This document shows positions 11,419 through 22,457 of a stretch of DNA of 52,277 nt, piece by piece. Each line of letters begins with the position of its first letter. Position 1 is the stretch's first letter. Under the pieces are notes generated by a model, which saw only the letters and a list, made by a program, of their open reading frames with translations, searched no databases and was not told the origin of the DNA. Made by a program: the position numbers and the translations under genes. The stretch is from a virus (lineage: Duplodnaviria; Caudoviricetes), in the IMG/VR virus record IMGVR_UViG_3300020172_002521, positions 1 through 52,277 of that record; one strand, given 5' to 3'.

Positions 11419-14400
11419 TAAATTCTTCCTACTACAACTTCGATAACACCTACTGTTTGGCTGTCATAATTTTCAAGCGCCTTGCCAATTACAGATCCTA
11501 ATGCAGGATTCTTTTCTGCTGTAGCAACGCCTGGTGCACCGCTGGATACCAACATGTCACCTTTCTTAATCTTGCCTACAACTTTACACGGCACACGACC
11601 TACAAGAGCAATGTAAATACCACCGTCTTGCTCACTGTTCATCATGTAGGCAGGATTTGTAGAAACAACACCAGCAATTCTTCTGTCCATAAAATCTCTA
11701 GCAGCAGTAACTTCTTTATCGCCGCCGAATATCATAACAGTACCAGGTGCATGGTGTGCATCGGGCATGTATTTTTCTGCCAAGTCAGCGTATTGTGCCT
11801 GTACAGCAGTTCCGCCAAATACGCCGCCTGCATCTCTAAATACAATGGTGTTAGCGGCATTTGTACTTGTTGCGTTAGAAGTAACGGTAAATGTTTGACC
11901 TTCACCAGAAGTACTTCCACTTATACCAAATCCGCTAGTAGCACCTGTGGCTACATAATCACCTGTGGTGTCAGTTCCTAGTCCAACACTGTTAGCAGCA
12001 ATAGTTAACGCGGTACTGACACTAGCACTTCCGTCTAATGAGAATGAACCAGTTACATCGCCTGTAAATGATATTGTTCTAGCAGTATCAAATGCTAACG
12101 CTCTTGATGCAGTACCAACAAAGTTATTAGCATAGATGTTAGTATATGCCTTGCTAGTATCACCTATTCTATATGTGCCGTTAGTTCTCGGTTCTAGGAT
12201 CTGTGTAACCAATGTACCCACCATCATGTCACCACTGGTGTTTACGTAGTTAACATTACCCCATTCTTTAGTAACAGCATCTTGCGGATTAACTGGGTCT
12301 CCCATGTTAGTAACACGGTAAGTTCCCATCTTGATATTTGCTTTCATATCAAGAACGCCACCTAGATCTAAGAAACCGCTGCCTAGCAGCTGAACACCTG
12401 CTACTGTATTATTTTTATTAAGTCCTAATCGATTATTAACATAGCTCTGGATAGCACGTTCTGTTGGAACAGCATTGTTACTGTTTCCGCCCATAGTACC
12501 ATCTACTGAGAATTTCTGTATCAGTGTTTGACCACGTTTAAAGCTAATACCGTCAACATTGGTCAACGCTACCGGCGCACTAATACTTACAGTACCACGT
12601 CCTTGATCAACACTAAAGAATTCTCCAACTCTAAAATTACCATCTTGGTCAGTGGTTGCATAATAAACACGACCTTTACCAACCTGTTGTACTTCTAAAG
12701 CACTGTCTACTGGATTATTTGGAGGACCGTACAAATCATTTGGATATTTACTATCGGCATAACCACCTGTACCAACGTTTAAGAAATCGTGTCCTGTAAC
12801 ACGCATAGTTGATATTCTTGAAGTTACTTGACCTGATTGATTGGCGGTGATACCGGCCTTTAACTCAGTTTGAAGAATGTCATTTGATATAGAGCCGCCG
12901 TCACTTAGACGTTCGACAGTTAGTTCTCCCCAGTCATTGTTAGTGGTTAATGCATTGCTATAACCTGTAATTTTATACATTACACCTTCATGACCAAATG
13001 TATAGTACCATCCGTTACTAAGTCCCGATGATATTCTAGCTTGACTTGTAACATCTAAATCAACAATTTTAATTTTTGTAGCACCTGTTACACCAACTGG
13101 GTAAGCTGTAGCTGTGGCCGCGCCCGAAGCAAAAGTAATATTACGAACACTGGTTCCTGAATATCCAGAACCCTGATTACTTAATACCACATGAGTTATA
13201 ACACCGGAACTGTTGGTAACACCATATCCTACTGCCTGTGTACCAGAGAATGTTAAACCAACACCACTGGTCCATGTCCATGCTTTGTTAACTCTAACTA
13301 CTGTTTTAGCTGAGTTAACCCAAGTAACGTAAGTTGGAACTCCATTAGGATCACCGCCACCTGATGTTAATGTAACTCTACTACCCGGCATAATTGTATT
13401 ATAACCAGCACTTAGATATATAAGATCAGTATTTGCTACAGTTACTGAAACAGTACCTGTACCAGCAGTGCTTGGTGCAGGAATAACAGCAGCCACAGTC
13501 GAACTTGGAGTATAACCACTGCCACCGCTGGTAACTGTGATATTTCCCAAGCCTTGTCTAAATTGTTCATTTTCAGTGTACGGACTTATGATGATATAAT
13601 TGTAAGGGCTATCACCTTCTGCAAGAGCAGTATCTGCACCAAGATCACTATAACTTAAAATACGATAAACGTATGTAGGATCTTCAGTGTACGTTAATAC
13701 TGTACTAGGACGAGATAGTGTAGATGCATTAAGATCCAATAGTGTTTGATTAAAATATGTTCTAATTGTAACAGGTAGCCCATCTTCGACAGCAGCGACT
13801 AGGCCACTACCGGCACCGTCGTCAATAGATAAACTATAAACACTGCTATCAGATTCGTCTTGTTGTGCTGATCTAATAAGATATATTTGAACAGTACCGC
13901 TGTGATTAACTTCAATTTGGCTCTGTGCAGTTGGAGGATATGTCAGCCCATCTACGTACAATGTAAAATCATTTATAAAATTAGTGTAAGTTCCTATTGC
14001 ATTTACAGTAGCTATCTGACTCATAGGAAATTTATTTCTAATACTAATAGGCACTTCTAAAGGATCGCTTCCTTCAGCCTTTAAGCCATTTAGACCATTT
14101 GATGTAGAGCCGGCAATACTACGACATTGAGCACCATTAAGAGCGTAGTACGCACTATAACAATAGTATGTAAACATACTAACGTTTTCAACAAGTCCTC
14201 CATTAGTACAGAAAATTCCGTAGCCAAGGTCGTTGATTTGTGTAAAGTCGTTGGCCAACATACTTCGATTACCGGCAGTTATCAGCGTAATGTCTGATGG
14301 TAAAGGATTATCGCCAGTGACATTAAAACCTGGTTTAACATTTAGAGTATAAGTAAGACCTGTACCAAAGGTTACGGGAGGGTCAGACAAATATCCGCCA

Positions 14401-17400
14401 CCTCCGTTGTTAATTGTTATTCCTGTTATTTTACCAAATCCGTCGACGGTTGAAACAACACCTGTTGCTGTACTAACAGGTCCTGATGGAAAGTTAATTG
14501 CTGTACCTACTGCATAGCCTAGGCCACCGTCAATAATTGTATAAGCGGTAACTGACCCTGTTGAACTTAGTGTCCAACTTAGTCTTGCACCACCAATAAC
14601 AATAGTAGGTGCTCCTATTGATATATTGGTATATGTTCCGTTAGTATATCCTGAACCTGGGAATAAAACATTAAGAGATGTAACAGTACCTAAATGATTA
14701 ATCACAGCAGTACCTGTAGAAGTTAACCCTCCGCTTTGTGTTGGAGCACTAAATCTAACAGCAACAGTTTGAGTGGAGCCTGTCATAAATCCAGTGGCAC
14801 TGATTGCAGAAACGTTGGCAATACCTCCCGGACGTAATGGATTAATATTTAAACCACCAGTACCATTAGTGCCGTCCCATTCACTGATAAAACTAACTTC
14901 GTAGGTAATTCCTTTGTTTACAAAGAAGCAAGGTGTTTGTGGTCTAATGTATCCTTCGCCTGGGATAATAGACGGACGCCCCATACTACCAGTGGTAATA
15001 GCACTGATTTTAGTAGGATATCCCTGTGTACTAGTTGTAATGTATGCAGGTATAACTTTAGTATTTCCTGCAAATCCGTCAATAAACATACCACCACTAA
15101 ATACCTGTCTGTTATAACTCTTTGAAAAACTCGAACAGGTTTGTGTATACGGCGATTTAGCCAAGATTTGACCATCTGGATCTAAAACTTTCATAAATCC
15201 ACCATGGCCCTGGGCACTAACGTAACGATTTAATGTGGCGTCATTCATCAATAAAACGTCCATTTGGTCGTTATATTTTGGAGGATTAAAGTCCGGGTCG
15301 TTGTTAACAATTCTATAACAAGCTCTTGTTAGATCATAAAGCACGTTGCCTGCAACAAGTTCAGTAGTTAATGTTAGATCATATACTTGAGTCTCGCTAG
15401 ATCTAATAGGAGCAACTGCAATATTATTAATGATAGACTGCCCGATTTGATTTATGTAACCAATTGCGGCCACAACCTCAGTAGTCTGTCCTACAGGTAC
15501 ATCATAACTATCACCTGCATTGATTGTTCGATTATTGCCACCTGCACGTAGATCATACACTACTGAGTCAATAACAAAATCTAAATCAGTGTCATACTTA
15601 ACGGTGTCAAATACTGTAGATATGTATGTTGCTGTAAGATATGCTATACATTCTGCTTTAATAAATTCTTTATTTGATTCGAGTAAAATAGCAGCATTGT
15701 TAATACCACCGTAATTTGTAATTGTGGTTAGGGTATCAACAGGTCTTAGAGGATCTCTAACATAATGATATGCATAGTTTACAGGATTATATAAATGCCA
15801 ATCGGCACTGGCAATAACAGCGCCTGCTGAATAATTACCTACTTCTTTTCTGTATTCGCTGTTTTGGGCCAGTGCAACTGAGAATGTAGGACCATTTACA
15901 GCTTTAACTTCACCAATAGCATTGACAGAGCCACTAGTCTGAAACACTTTGCCGATCCATGCACTTGGTGCAGTACCTATAGCAAGAGTAATAGTTACAA
16001 CACCGGTTATACTATTATTATTTACAGCATCAATAGTAATAGAACTACCAGCACTATTATAATCTGTTGCGGTATTTATAGGAGCAGTGATGATGCCGTC
16101 GGTCTGTGTATCTCTAAAGAAATATGTATTTGCCCACTTTGACGAACTAATACTAGGCAAACGAGTACCAACTAACGGAGCTGGTTTAATAATACTACGT
16201 CTAAATTCATCTCCGCGTAAAGATACGTTTTCGGAAACTTTAATTGGATATTGATCGTCGTGCTCGCCAGATTCGATCATAATCGAACATTGATTTTTGT
16301 TTTGTCGTTGACCCCATTGTAATTCTTCACCTAGTTCGTAGTCAGCAGTAAACACATGCCATTTGTCAAAGTCAATGGTGTCGTCTGTAGGAGGTAGTTG
16401 ACCGTTACTAAAATCAACGGTAATAGTATCGACTACATTTAATGATGCATCATAGGTGGTATTAATAGCAGCGATAGTACCATAACCAATAACATTGTAA
16501 CTAGCATCTGAAATAAGGAATTTATAACCAATCCAGAAATCAGGAATGTCAATAGTTTCTCCAACACCAAATGTAAATTCAACACTAGTATCTAAGATGT
16601 TGTCGGGAGTGGCAGTTATTCTGTAGGGTTTGGCGTAGTCATATGGACTAATATCGTAATACTCGTAGCCGTTTATTGGATCTAATACAATTGATTCAAT
16701 TAGTCCAACTGCTTCGCTACGTGCTCCAATTAAATAATTTCCTGGAAAAATACTACGATTGATAAAAGGATCAGTTCCGATATTAATAGAACTAGCATCT
16801 AAGCTAACACGCAACTGTATACCGAACGAGCTTGCCGGCAATACAGAACTTGTTGTGATTGATGTTACAGTTGATCTATAAAGACCTTCGGCATGTGTAA
16901 TAGTCTTTTGATAAGGACCTAAAACAACCTCACTGGCATCAATAAATTGTTGTGCCGCCCGTGCAGCTCTATTAACTGTTTTAAACGCATAGGCAAAATT
17001 TCTACCTCTCTTGTAGGTAGGAATATTAAATCTGTTATCGTCGCCGTCCATTGAAACATAAAAGTTTGTTCGACTAGCAAAGCCGCTGGTTTCGACTAAG
17101 TCATCAACATAGGTCTTGTTTACAAGGTGTGTAGGCTCAACAGGAACTGACGATAATTCAATATTATCACGTAGTACACTCTTTTGATTATAAGGAATTT
17201 CAAAACTACTTGTGGTGTCATACTCTGTAACACCGTCTCTATTTAGAAAGTTTTCGTAGACCCATTTTCTACTAACAGCATCACCATCAAACACTGGTGG
17301 TGGCATATTAATTACATTATAAAGATCTCGGGCATCCAAATCACCGCCTAGTTGTGGACTTGTGTCTGATACTAGCTTACTTGATGTATTAATAATTCTA

Positions 17401-17681
17401 ATTTCAGTTGAACTTGATACAGTGTCAATGCTCATACCTGTACCAGCAACTAGGATTTTATTAACAAATTTTGTACCTAAAGCATTAACCTGCATAATAG
17501 CATTTGGTGTTAATGAGCCCGGTGCTTCTTTTAATCTTAAAAAGCTGAATCCTGCACCGTAGCCTAATAGCGTGTAGATGTCGTTAAAGTTGGAATTTAC
17601 TTTCTGAAAAGCAACATATACGCTGTCGCCTGTGCCGTCATTTGGTTGACTTCCGATGTTAATAAGTTGTTGAGTAGCCAT
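11418..17681 (-). CDS. giant baseplate/tail-fibre protein
   Basis: 2087 aa; N-terminal INIGSQPNDGTGDS...AFQKVNSNF resembles T4 gp9/gp10 N-termini; GSGY/GGGY repeats; C-terminal YADLAEKY domain. Confidence 0.8.
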   Translation of the reverse strand: MATQQLINIGSQPNDGTGDSVYVAFQKVNSNFNDIYTLLGYGAGFSFLRLKEAPGSLTPNAIMQVNALGTKFVNKILVAGTGMSIDTVSSSTEIRIINTSSKLVSDTSPQLGGDLDARDLYNVINMPPPVFDGDAVSRKWVYENFLNRDGVTEYDTTSSFEIPYNQKSVLRDNIELSSVPVEPTHLVNKTYVDDLVETSGFASRTNFYVSMDGDDNRFNIPTYKRGRNFAYAFKTVNRAARAAQQFIDASEVVLGPYQKTITHAEGLYRSTVTSITTSSVLPASSFGIQLRVSLDASSINIGTDPFINRSIFPGNYLIGARSEAVGLIESIVLDPINGYEYYDISPYDYAKPYRITATPDNILDTSVEFTFGVGETIDIPDFWIGYKFLISDASYNVIGYGTIAAINTTYDASLNVVDTITVDFSNGQLPPTDDTIDFDKWHVFTADYELGEELQWGQRQNKNQCSIMIESGEHDDQYPIKVSENVSLRGDEFRRSIIKPAPLVGTRLPSISSSKWANTYFFRDTQTDGIITAPINTATDYNSAGSSITIDAVNNNSITGVVTITLAIGTAPSAWIGKVFQTSGSVNAIGEVKAVNGPTFSVALAQNSEYRKEVGNYSAGAVIASADWHLYNPVNYAYHYVRDPLRPVDTLTTITNYGGINNAAILLESNKEFIKAECIAYLTATYISTVFDTVKYDTDLDFVIDSVVYDLRAGGNNRTINAGDSYDVPVGQTTEVVAAIGYINQIGQSIINNIAVAPIRSSETQVYDLTLTTELVAGNVLYDLTRACYRIVNNDPDFNPPKYNDQMDVLLMNDATLNRYVSAQGHGGFMKVLDPDGQILAKSPYTQTCSSFSKSYNRQVFSGGMFIDGFAGNTKVIPAYITTSTQGYPTKISAITTGSMGRPSIIPGEGYIRPQTPCFFVNKGITYEVSFISEWDGTNGTGGLNINPLRPGGIANVSAISATGFMTGSTQTVAVRFSAPTQSGGLTSTGTAVINHLGTVTSLNVLFPGSGYTNGTYTNISIGAPTIVIGGARLSWTLSSTGSVTAYTIIDGGLGYAVGTAINFPSGPVSTATGVVSTVDGFGKITGITINNGGGGYLSDPPVTFGTGLTYTLNVKPGFNVTGDNPLPSDITLITAGNRSMLANDFTQINDLGYGIFCTNGGLVENVSMFTYYCYSAYYALNGAQCRSIAGSTSNGLNGLKAEGSDPLEVPISIRNKFPMSQIATVNAIGTYTNFINDFTLYVDGLTYPPTAQSQIEVNHSGTVQIYLIRSAQQDESDSSVYSLSIDDGAGSGLVAAVEDGLPVTIRTYFNQTLLDLNASTLSRPSTVLTYTEDPTYVYRILSYSDLGADTALAEGDSPYNYIIISPYTENEQFRQGLGNITVTSGGSGYTPSSTVAAVIPAPSTAGTGTVSVTVANTDLIYLSAGYNTIMPGSRVTLTSGGGDPNGVPTYVTWVNSAKTVVRVNKAWTWTSGVGLTFSGTQAVGYGVTNSSGVITHVVLSNQGSGYSGTSVRNITFASGAATATAYPVGVTGATKIKIVDLDVTSQARISSGLSNGWYYTFGHEGVMYKITGYSNALTTNNDWGELTVERLSDGGSISNDILQTELKAGITANQSGQVTSRISTMRVTGHDFLNVGTGGYADSKYPNDLYGPPNNPVDSALEVQQVGKGRVYYATTDQDGNFRVGEFFSVDQGRGTVSISAPVALTNVDGISFKRGQTLIQKFSVDGTMGGNSNNAVPTERAIQSYVNNRLGLNKNNTVAGVQLLGSGFLDLGGVLDMKANIKMGTYRVTNMGDPVNPQDAVTKEWGNVNYVNTSGDMMVGTLVTQILEPRTNGTYRIGDTSKAYTNIYANNFVGTASRALAFDTARTISFTGDVTGSFSLDGSASVSTALTIAANSVGLGTDTTGDYVATGATSGFGISGSTSGEGQTFTVTSNATSTNAANTIVFRDAGGVFGGTAVQAQYADLAEKYMPDAHHAPGTVMIFGGDKEVTAARDFMDRRIAGVVSTNPAYMMNSEQDGGIYIALVGRVPCKVVGKIKKGDMLVSSGAPGVATAEKNPALGSVIGKALENYDSQTVGVIEVVVGRI

Positions 17682-17856
17682 GTTTTCCTCTGTACTATAC
17701 CATATTTATTATGGTAAAAATCTGCCAAATTTTTGCAGGTAGTATTCTAACAAGTATTTATTTTAAGTTAGTCAAAGCACGTAGAATGTTTTTTTGCCAC
17801 CCCATTAACATAGCATTAAATAAAGGGTATTCATACTTACTTGCAAGGAGATTAAA

Positions 17857-18198
17857 ATGGGATATATTTTATTAATGGTTGTCGCAGTAGCAGTAATCTA
17901 CATGGTTTTTAGAGAAAAGAAACCAACGGACTCTGTTGATGGCAATAAAGAATGGCCTTTTGGCAATAAGGTCGCTGATGGAAAGATCCATGTTAAAACT
18001 AGTGATGTTACTTCTACAGCAGCAGAGGCTGTAACCACAGTGGTAGAGAACAAGGTTGACCCAGTTGCGGTTGCACTTGATCTAGAACCAATGGAAATCA
18101 GCGGCGCTACAACTGCTAAGAAGCCACGTAAACCACGTGAGCCTAAAGTGGCAGTTAAAGAGCCGGCAGCAAAGAAAACTGCTAAAAAGGCAAAATAA
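17857..18198 (+). CDS. membrane-anchored hypothetical protein with Lys/Ala-rich tail
   Basis: AAGGAG SD; N-terminal hydrophobic helix; KKPRKPREPK...AAKKTAKKAK C-terminus. Confidence 0.75.
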   Translation: MGYILLMVVAVAVIYMVFREKKPTDSVDGNKEWPFGNKVADGKIHVKTSDVTSTAAEAVTTVVENKVDPVAVALDLEPMEISGATTAKKPRKPREPKVAVKEPAAKKTAKKAK

Positions 18199-18199
18199 T

Positions 18200-18222
18200 A
18201 AAAGGGCTTTTAAGCCCTTTTT
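18200..18222. terminator. bidirectional intrinsic terminator
   Basis: AAAAGGGCTT-TT-AAGCCCTTTTT hairpin between convergent genes. Confidence 0.75.
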
Positions 18223-18479
18223 AATTGGAATATTAAATGTTCGAGCTTACTATGCCAGCGAGTTTCGATGGCAGCAAACCCCGGACCCGTCCATATAGCA
18301 CGACCACAATAAGCATATTGTAACCAAATAATTTTTTTACTTATGTCACATCTGTGAGGCAATACAGCAAATTTCATTGACCATTGAGATCGATTATAAA
18401 ATGCTTGGTCCGCTTCTTCCGCACTTTGAGTCGAGTATCCTAGACTAGATCTGTGGTCGTTGTAGTTGCTGCCAAACAT
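18210..18479 (-). CDS. hypothetical protein
   Basis: 89-aa ORF with TAATG coupling to uvsE. Confidence 0.65.
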   Translation of the reverse strand: MFGSNYNDHRSSLGYSTQSAEEADQAFYNRSQWSMKFAVLPHRCDISKKIIWLQYAYCGRAIWTGPGFAAIETRWHSKLEHLIFQLKRA

Positions 18480-19492
18480 TATTTTGATTGTTCGTAAAGT
18501 GCAAAACTAGCAAGATTCTTAGCCTTGCTTTCGCACATAATGTCTGCCCATTCTCTATGAGTCAATGCCCACTGGTTAACGGACTCATTCCAATAGAAGT
18601 TACTATGTGCTCTGAGCTTGGATTTTTTGTAGCCTTCTACAAGCAAAGACTCCAAAACAGGGCGACTTCTAGGGTCATGATCGACAAGTACATCTTCACG
18701 GCTAACACTGTAATGTATAACAGGACGGACACCGCGCCAGCTATCAATAACCCTTTTAATACGATCATCGTTGGCTTCAATATATTCTCCTGTGTTGATC
18801 CAATGGTGATGGATGTCTAACACCAAAGCAAGATCTTTTTCAAGTTCTAAACTAGAGTCAAGTCCCCAAGAAATCTCGTCATTCTCGATAGTAATACAGT
18901 TTCGTGCTTCGGGCGATAATTTCTTAAGTGCGGCCTTAATCCCAGCAGGGCCTTGTTTACCGGAGATATGTACATTAATCTTAAAGTCTTGAAATGTCTT
19001 GCCATAGCCCATCCACCGAGCCATGTCGGTATGGTACTCAAATTCTTCAATACTACGTTCTACAATTCCGGGATTCTCGCTAGCCAGTACGGTAAATTGA
19101 CCCGGATGCATACTAAGACGCACATTTTGTTCACGTGCAATACGACCTATTTCAGCAAAGTGAAGCTCGCAATAACTTCTAACACTGGGTTGCGTCCAAA
19201 AATAACTATAATCGCACTGAGTATACACAGGCAAAATATCGCTGCTAATCCTAACCATTCGGAGATTGTCATCAAGTGTGCCTACTCTTTCTACAAGTTT
19301 ACGGGTTGATTCAATGTTTTGGACCATTAAGTCCCAGAGTTTTTGTTCTGCTACTTCTCGAGTCTGCCGCTTTAGCCAAGCAACAGTGGTGCTACCAGTG
19401 TTATATTGTTTACAGTCATCTTTCTGTGTAATACCGTTAATTTGGCTAGGACCGTCAATCCACTTACAGGCAAAACCAATACGTTTGATCAT
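18479..19492 (-). CDS. uvsE: UV DNA damage endonuclease (UvsE/UVDE)
   Basis: RIGFAC, RISSDILP, RLSMHPGQF, IENDE, LDIHHH and RAHS motifs. Confidence 0.92.
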   Translation of the reverse strand: MIKRIGFACKWIDGPSQINGITQKDDCKQYNTGSTTVAWLKRQTREVAEQKLWDLMVQNIESTRKLVERVGTLDDNLRMVRISSDILPVYTQCDYSYFWTQPSVRSYCELHFAEIGRIAREQNVRLSMHPGQFTVLASENPGIVERSIEEFEYHTDMARWMGYGKTFQDFKINVHISGKQGPAGIKAALKKLSPEARNCITIENDEISWGLDSSLELEKDLALVLDIHHHWINTGEYIEANDDRIKRVIDSWRGVRPVIHYSVSREDVLVDHDPRSRPVLESLLVEGYKKSKLRAHSNFYWNESVNQWALTHREWADIMCESKAKNLASFALYEQSK

Positions 19493-19665
19493 TTTTTAGC
19501 TTTCTGTAAAATCCACGAACCATCTTTGCTATCAATCCATTCCAGTGTGTCACCTTCGACCCAACCTGTTTGTTTAAGGAAGTCTTCGGGAAAAGGTAGA
19601 ATAAGATCACCATTGTCTGGGTCCTCTTCTAAAGTAATTGTCCACGTACTGGTATTTTGCTTCAT
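19489..19665 (-). CDS. small AbrB/SpoVT-like protein
   Basis: Hand-translated 58-aa ORF ...GDLILPFPEDFLKQTGWVEGDTLEWIDSKDGSWILQK; ATGA-coupled to uvsE. Confidence 0.65.
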   Translation of the reverse strand: MKQNTSTWTITLEEDPDNGDLILPFPEDFLKQTGWVEGDTLEWIDSKDGSWILQKAKK

Positions 19666-19673
19666 AACTTATT

Positions 19674-20612
19674 TTACATGATTTTTCTAAAATAGTCAAT
19701 GGTTTTTTCCAAACCTTCTTCAAGCTCAATTTTTGGTTCCCACTTTAACATACCTTTGGCTTCATTAATATTTGGTCTACGTTGTTTTGGATCATCTTTA
19801 GGTAACGGCATTTGAAGTATTGTGCTTTTAGATCCGGTTAGTTCGATTACCTTTTCTGCTAATTCAAAAATAGTAAACTCGCCGGGATTGCCCAAATTCA
19901 CTGGCCCGATGTATTCGTCATCTGCATGATTCATCATGGCCATCATTCCGTTGATTAGATCATCCACATAACAGAAACTACGAGTCTGTTGCCCACTGCC
20001 GTAAACTGTAATGTTTTTGCCTTGTAATGCCTGTACAATAAAGTTACTAACAACTCTGCCGTCGCCATTTGCTAGTCTAGGACCGTAGGTATTAAAGATA
20101 CGTACAATCTTAGCTCTAACATTGTGGACGCGATAGTAGTCCATGAATAGAGTTTCTGCGGCACGTTTGCCTTCATCGTAGCAACTGCGTATGCCAATTG
20201 GATTTACGTTACCCCAGTAATCTTCAGTTTGTGGATGCACAATAGGATCACCATAAATTTCACTAGTACTAGCCTGTAAAATTTTTGCACCAGTACGTTT
20301 GGCCAGTCCTAATAGGTTATAAGCACCTAGCACACTAGTTTTCATTGTTTGAATAGGATCATACTGATAGTGGAATGGACTAGCAGGACAGGCTAAGTTA
20401 TAAATTTCATCCACTTCGACGTACAGTGGAAAACAAACATCTTGACGTAGCACTTCAAAATTTGGATTAGGTAGTAGATGTTCGATGTTCTTTTTACTGC
20501 CTGTAAAATAATTATCTACACAAAGAACATGATGTCCTTCTGCAACTAATCTATCGCAGAGGTGGCTACCTAAAAAACCAGCACCGCCGGTTACTAATAT
20601 TTTCTTAATCAT
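19674..20612 (-). CDS. UDP-glucuronic acid decarboxylase (UDP-xylose synthase), extended SDR
   Basis: [41 protein letters not shown] and DDPKQRRP. Confidence 0.92.
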   Translation of the reverse strand: MIKKILVTGGAGFLGSHLCDRLVAEGHHVLCVDNYFTGSKKNIEHLLPNPNFEVLRQDVCFPLYVEVDEIYNLACPASPFHYQYDPIQTMKTSVLGAYNLLGLAKRTGAKILQASTSEIYGDPIVHPQTEDYWGNVNPIGIRSCYDEGKRAAETLFMDYYRVHNVRAKIVRIFNTYGPRLANGDGRVVSNFIVQALQGKNITVYGSGQQTRSFCYVDDLINGMMAMMNHADDEYIGPVNLGNPGEFTIFELAEKVIELTGSKSTILQMPLPKDDPKQRRPNINEAKGMLKWEPKIELEEGLEKTIDYFRKIM

Positions 20613-20745
20613 TGTTTTCCTTTTTGGGTTCTACTATCCCGTATTGATTATACAGCCAATGTATAAATGTTTCAAGGTCTTTACTTGGGTACGGATATGC
20701 TCGATAGGCTATGGTCACACGTTCTAACCAATCCTTGTCAGTCAT
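20605..20745 (-). CDS. small hypothetical protein
   Basis: Hand-translated 46-aa [13 protein letters not shown]... filling the gap between queD and the decarboxylase. Confidence 0.5.
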   Translation of the reverse strand: MTDKDWLERVTIAYRAYPYPSKDLETFIHWLYNQYGIVEPKKENND

Positions 20746-20747
20746 GT

Positions 20748-21254
20748 TCATGCAAACAGATCCTCATTCCATTCACGGTGACCTTCACGGAACGCCATGT
20801 TACTTTGTGTCTCACGCACTTCTACTCTGTAGCACCAAAGTCTTTCTGCTTCACCAGGCCCCCACATTTCTGGAATATACACCCCATTAACATATTTGTA
20901 GAGCATGTCGCTAAGGCCTTCGCAACCTAATTTGGGTAGAACAACTATCTTAGCCATTTTCTTTTCTTGTAGCAGTTGATATGTTTCCATTTCTGGATCA
21001 TCAGCGGCTACAATAAGTGTATGATCAAATTGGTCTTCTAGTGTTTTCTTTAACTCTTTTAATCCGCCGTAGTCTGCCGACCAGTTACGAACATCTAAGT
21101 CATTGGTTCCAAAAAAGAACTTCATTGAAAAACTATATCCGTGAATTAGGTTACAGTGACTATCAGCTCGCCATTGTCGATATGCACAGGGAAATGCATC
21201 GTGGTATTCTTTAGTGCTGGTGTACTTGTATAGTACTGGTTGAAGATTTGCCAT
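20748..21254 (-). CDS. queD: 6-pyruvoyl-tetrahydropterin synthase / QueD family
   Basis: HCNLIHGY Zn motif, DYGGLKELK...FDHT and VEVRET; strong AAGGAG SD. Confidence 0.85.
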   Translation of the reverse strand: MANLQPVLYKYTSTKEYHDAFPCAYRQWRADSHCNLIHGYSFSMKFFFGTNDLDVRNWSADYGGLKELKKTLEDQFDHTLIVAADDPEMETYQLLQEKKMAKIVVLPKLGCEGLSDMLYKYVNGVYIPEMWGPGEAERLWCYRVEVRETQSNMAFREGHREWNEDLFA

Positions 21255-21344
21255 CTCTAGTCTCCTTTAATAAAAGTAGCAAGTTTGACGACATGCAGAA
21301 TATTTAAAGTGGGATGAATGACGTAAAAGACCACTGTGTCTTAT

Positions 21345-21373
21345 AGTATAAGACACATATTTACTATTGTCAA
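21345..21373 (-). promoter_or_regulatory. sigma70-type promoter of the queD operon
   Basis: TTGACA-N17-TATACT. Confidence 0.75.
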
Positions 21374-21377
21374 GTGA

Positions 21378-22457
21378 TTAAGGACTGATTTGTCCAAATG
21401 TCTTCCAGGTACCCGGAGTTCCGCTTCTTACGCAGACCCAACCAACGTAGCCTGTAGGCAACGGACTATTGTTCCAAACTATGTCACCTTGAACATAAGT
21501 ACCTTGTGTTGGTGGTTCAATTCCTCGAGCATGTAACTTACCAGCTACACGCATATTACCACCAACTTCGAAATCTTCTGTAGGATTCTTAACATTAACA
21601 GACAACTTACCGTATGCACGGATAACTGTACTATCACGAAGTTCTTGTCCTAGAGTAATATGACCTTGTTCACTTACGCTAATTCGAACTTGGTCGTCTG
21701 TGATTAAATCTAAAGGTTTGGTATTAAAAGTACCAATTCGACCTCTAGAGTTTTTATCAACATCGATAACTATTTCTACATTATTAGGATAATCGTAGAC
21801 TGTGAATAATGCAGTGGGTTGGTCCTGTCCTAGGCTGAAACGATTGTTACTAGGATCAAACCAAACATGATCATTCCAATTTACACGACCACTAACATTT
21901 AATTCTCTTAACGTGCCTAGAGTTTTTAAATTAGAATTTACAATGCTACTACCTAGAGATTCTAAATTTAGAACACTAGTTCCGCCAATCATAAAATCTC
22001 TACCCTGTGCAATTTCAAAACTTTCTGTACTAAAGAAACGGTCCGGTCCAGCCATTAGTACCAATTGTTTATTGTATGGCTCTCCAGGCCAAAGAAGACC
22101 TGTACCTATGTTAGTTCCAGATTCGCCTAGAGCAAATTCTAGATATTGTTTTTCGTATACTTGATTGGTAATTAATTCTGTAGTACGAACAAAGCCAGCA
22201 TCTAATACACCGTAAATTTTAACATTACCGCGGATAGTGGTATCGCCTTCTACAGTCTTTACACTGATAGATTTGACAGTAATTTTGTCATCTTCAACTA
22301 ACAGTGTTTGTTTGGTGCTGGAATCTTTAATACCAGTGCTGGCAAAATTGGTAATTGTGCCGCCGTCGATCAAATCTCCACTTAGATCGTTTTCATTAAG
22401 CAGTAAGCTACCGCGTGGAATATCTTGTAAGTTACCTGCATCAAATGTTTTTACCAT
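21378..22457 (-). CDS. probable virion structural/fibre-associated protein
   Basis: Beta-rich; C-terminal GDIVWN...GWVCVRSGTPGTWKTFG module seen at fibre/spike termini; TAAATA upstream. Confidence 0.55.
   Translation of the reverse strand: MVKTFDAGNLQDIPRGSLLLNENDLSGDLIDGGTITNFASTGIKDSSTKQTLLVEDDKITVKSISVKTVEGDTTIRGNVKIYGVLDAGFVRTTELITNQVYEKQYLEFALGESGTNIGTGLLWPGEPYNKQLVLMAGPDRFFSTESFEIAQGRDFMIGGTSVLNLESLGSSIVNSNLKTLGTLRELNVSGRVNWNDHVWFDPSNNRFSLGQDQPTALFTVYDYPNNVEIVIDVDKNSRGRIGTFNTKPLDLITDDQVRISVSEQGHITLGQELRDSTVIRAYGKLSVNVKNPTEDFEVGGNMRVAGKLHARGIEPPTQGTYVQGDIVWNNSPLPTGYVGWVCVRSGTPGTWKTFGQISP

Noticed and set aside
21255-21340. Canonical preQ1-I riboswitch upstream of queD
   Set aside because: The loop and A-rich tail do not match the consensus well enough; kept only as a candidate leader
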